Shown here: positions 62,248-64,000 of the stretch, piece after piece
How positions within the stretch are numbered: position 1 is the stretch's first letter
Layout of the letters: the number at the start of each line of letters is the position of its first letter
NCBI GenBank assembly: GCA_964016885.1
Contig: OZ024744.1
Location: forward strand, 55,800,001-55,864,000
Source: Eledone cirrhosa
Taxonomy: Eukaryota
Direction: 5' to 3'
DNA: 64,000 nucleotides
Notes under the pieces: generated by a model
What the model saw: the letters and a program-made list of their open reading frames with translations, nothing else
Told to the model about the DNA's origin: nothing
Database searches by the model: none
Position numbers and translations under genes: made by a program

Positions 62248-62837
62248 AAAGGGGACAAGCAAAGTGGTTGTATTCTCAATAGCTTAAGAGCAGGGCTCAG
62301 GACTGGAACAGACTATCTTTTTTTTAGTATCTCACTAGTATTTACATTCCAACTGTCACTCTAGGATTATCAGAAACTACAGTTGGCTTCAGTGGGGACT
62401 GAACTTAGAAACATGAAGTCCTCTAGTAAGAGCTGGCACCTGGATATACCTTCTCCCAAATAAAATTATTTCAGTTTACTGTTTGGTAAACTGATGAACC
62501 TAGTTTTTTTTTTACACTTCTTGCTCTTACTAAACTAAGAAAATTACTAAGCCAGCATTTACTACACCAGTCCACACTCACTCATGCAAAATCTTGTCAC
62601 AGGTCGTAACAACATACAACACTACCACTTTGAATATTTCTACAATGCTGCTACATAGCAAAAGTGTCTAGGCATTGCCACTGCCACGCCATTAAGTACA
62701 ACAACCATGACTTTCTTTTTTAAAATCAAGTTAGATTGGCAACTGTTTAAACTTTGTGACTGAGAATTAGAAACAACAACAACAATAAACAAATGAAAAA
62801 GATAAATATATAAATAGAAAAGACATCCATTCCTTAC

Positions 62838-62959
62838 CGACAAGAAATTTATTCATCATGACCCAACGAAGAACTCCCTTAGCATCCTTGTAACAGGAAG
62901 GAAACTTGTGTTCTGGTGCCAACCGATATTCAACGCTCACTACACAACATTCTGCGTTG
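62838..62959 (-). CDS. HSL-family (Abhydrolase_3) carboxylesterase, first exon visible in window (internal exon)
   Basis: Acceptor tcttacag| and donor G|gtaagg. 122 nt encoding NAECCVVSVEYRLAPEHKFPSCYKDAKGVLRWVMMNKFLV. V.YRLAPEH.FP is the family IV/HSL signature. Ends in phase 1, matching the next exon. Confidence 0.93.
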
Positions 62960-64000
62960 CTGTAAGAAGAAAAGAGAAAGGAAATATACATATAGGTGCA
63001 AGCTTGGCTGTGTGGTTAAAGGAATCTGCTTCACAACCACATGGTTTCAGGTTTGATCCCACAACATGGCACTTCGGGTTGACTAATGTCTTATGAATGA
63101 AATTTGGTTGATGGGAACTGCAGAAGACCATCGCATATATCATAATCAGTATCACTACTACCATTTTATGTCTATTTTCCATGCTGGCAAGGGTTTGACC
63201 GGTTGTCACATTCTGAGATTTAACAGATCATAAGACTACATCGTACTTATATGTTCCCTTTTGGCATGGTTTCTATGGCTGGATGCTCTTCCAAATGCCA
63301 ACCATTGTACAGTGTGAACTGGGTACATATTGTCATGGCACTGACACTAAAACCTTATAAGTTAGACAGTGTGCATTTTATTGTGACACCAGCACTATGA
63401 TTTTACAGAAAGGGCTGGATGTATTTTATCATGATGCCATAACTACTAGATATATAAGCATATATATGTGTGTGTGTGTGTTTATCCATGCCTGTGTTTA
63501 AATTTATATGTGTGTGTATATCCCATAACTTAGTAGTTTGGCAAATAGAGATTGATAAGATAAATACCAGACATGAAAAAATAAGTACTGGAGTTGGTAT
63601 GATTTACTAAATCCCTTTAAAGGATGTGTCCCAGCATGAAATACCAAAATAACCCCCCCCCCCCCCACACACACACACACCAATAATTATATTTTTCTCT
63701 GCAAACTACCAAAACATCTATTTGTATATGCACTACAATTTATGTACATGTTATGTTTATTACATATCGAAATTTTAAAAATCTTGGTTAATATTTGATA
63801 ATAGCTAAACTAATCACAACTAAATTGTCCAAATTTGCAAAGCCCCCTCTACCCCACCCCAATTCAGAAATACTTCCACTACCCCTGAGGACAACTCAAC
63901 ATGGTCACTGGACCAGCTAGAAATAGCAACCAAATCTCCCTCAAAACACATCCTACCATAAAAAATGGATTCATTTGGATAATGTAGTCTAGAGCAGGGG

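Noticed and set aside
28090-62837. Additional esterase exons or a nested host gene in the 34.7-kb intron
   Set aside because: The flanking exons already join in frame with family-typical spacing (NKFLVG-GMQESLVGVAGDS). All long ORFs inside are retrotransposon-derived or their antisense shadows. Small nested exons cannot be excluded without RNA data.

Overview
AT-rich, repeat-dense animal genomic DNA. The SINE/LINE repertoire and microsatellites look like octopus/cephalopod, which is an inference and not verified. Nearly the whole window is one minus-strand intron-containing gene, the last six coding exons of a hormone-sensitive-lipase-family (Abhydrolase_3, family IV) carboxylesterase. The exons are 62959-62838, 28089-27992, 26301-26207, 9145-9006, 5293-5207 and 2598-2531. 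They splice in frame with GT-AG borders into 202 aa carrying YRLAPEH, the GDSSG nucleophile, Asp (EFDPL) and His (HGF). The N-terminal exons lie beyond the right edge. The introns (2.6, 3.7, 17, 1.7 and 34.7 kb) are filled with RTE, CR1, Tx1/L1-like and CRE-type retrotransposon pieces, an internally deleted Helitron, piggyBac- and hAT-type MITEs, tRNA-derived SINEs and minisatellites. The most unusual signals are a C4HC3 PHD finger embedded inside the RT domain of the dominant RTE family, a dense set of long intronic fold-back hairpins, and a CRE-type element plus a minisatellite nested in the Helitron. I see no prokaryotic-type system, CRISPR array or rRNA.
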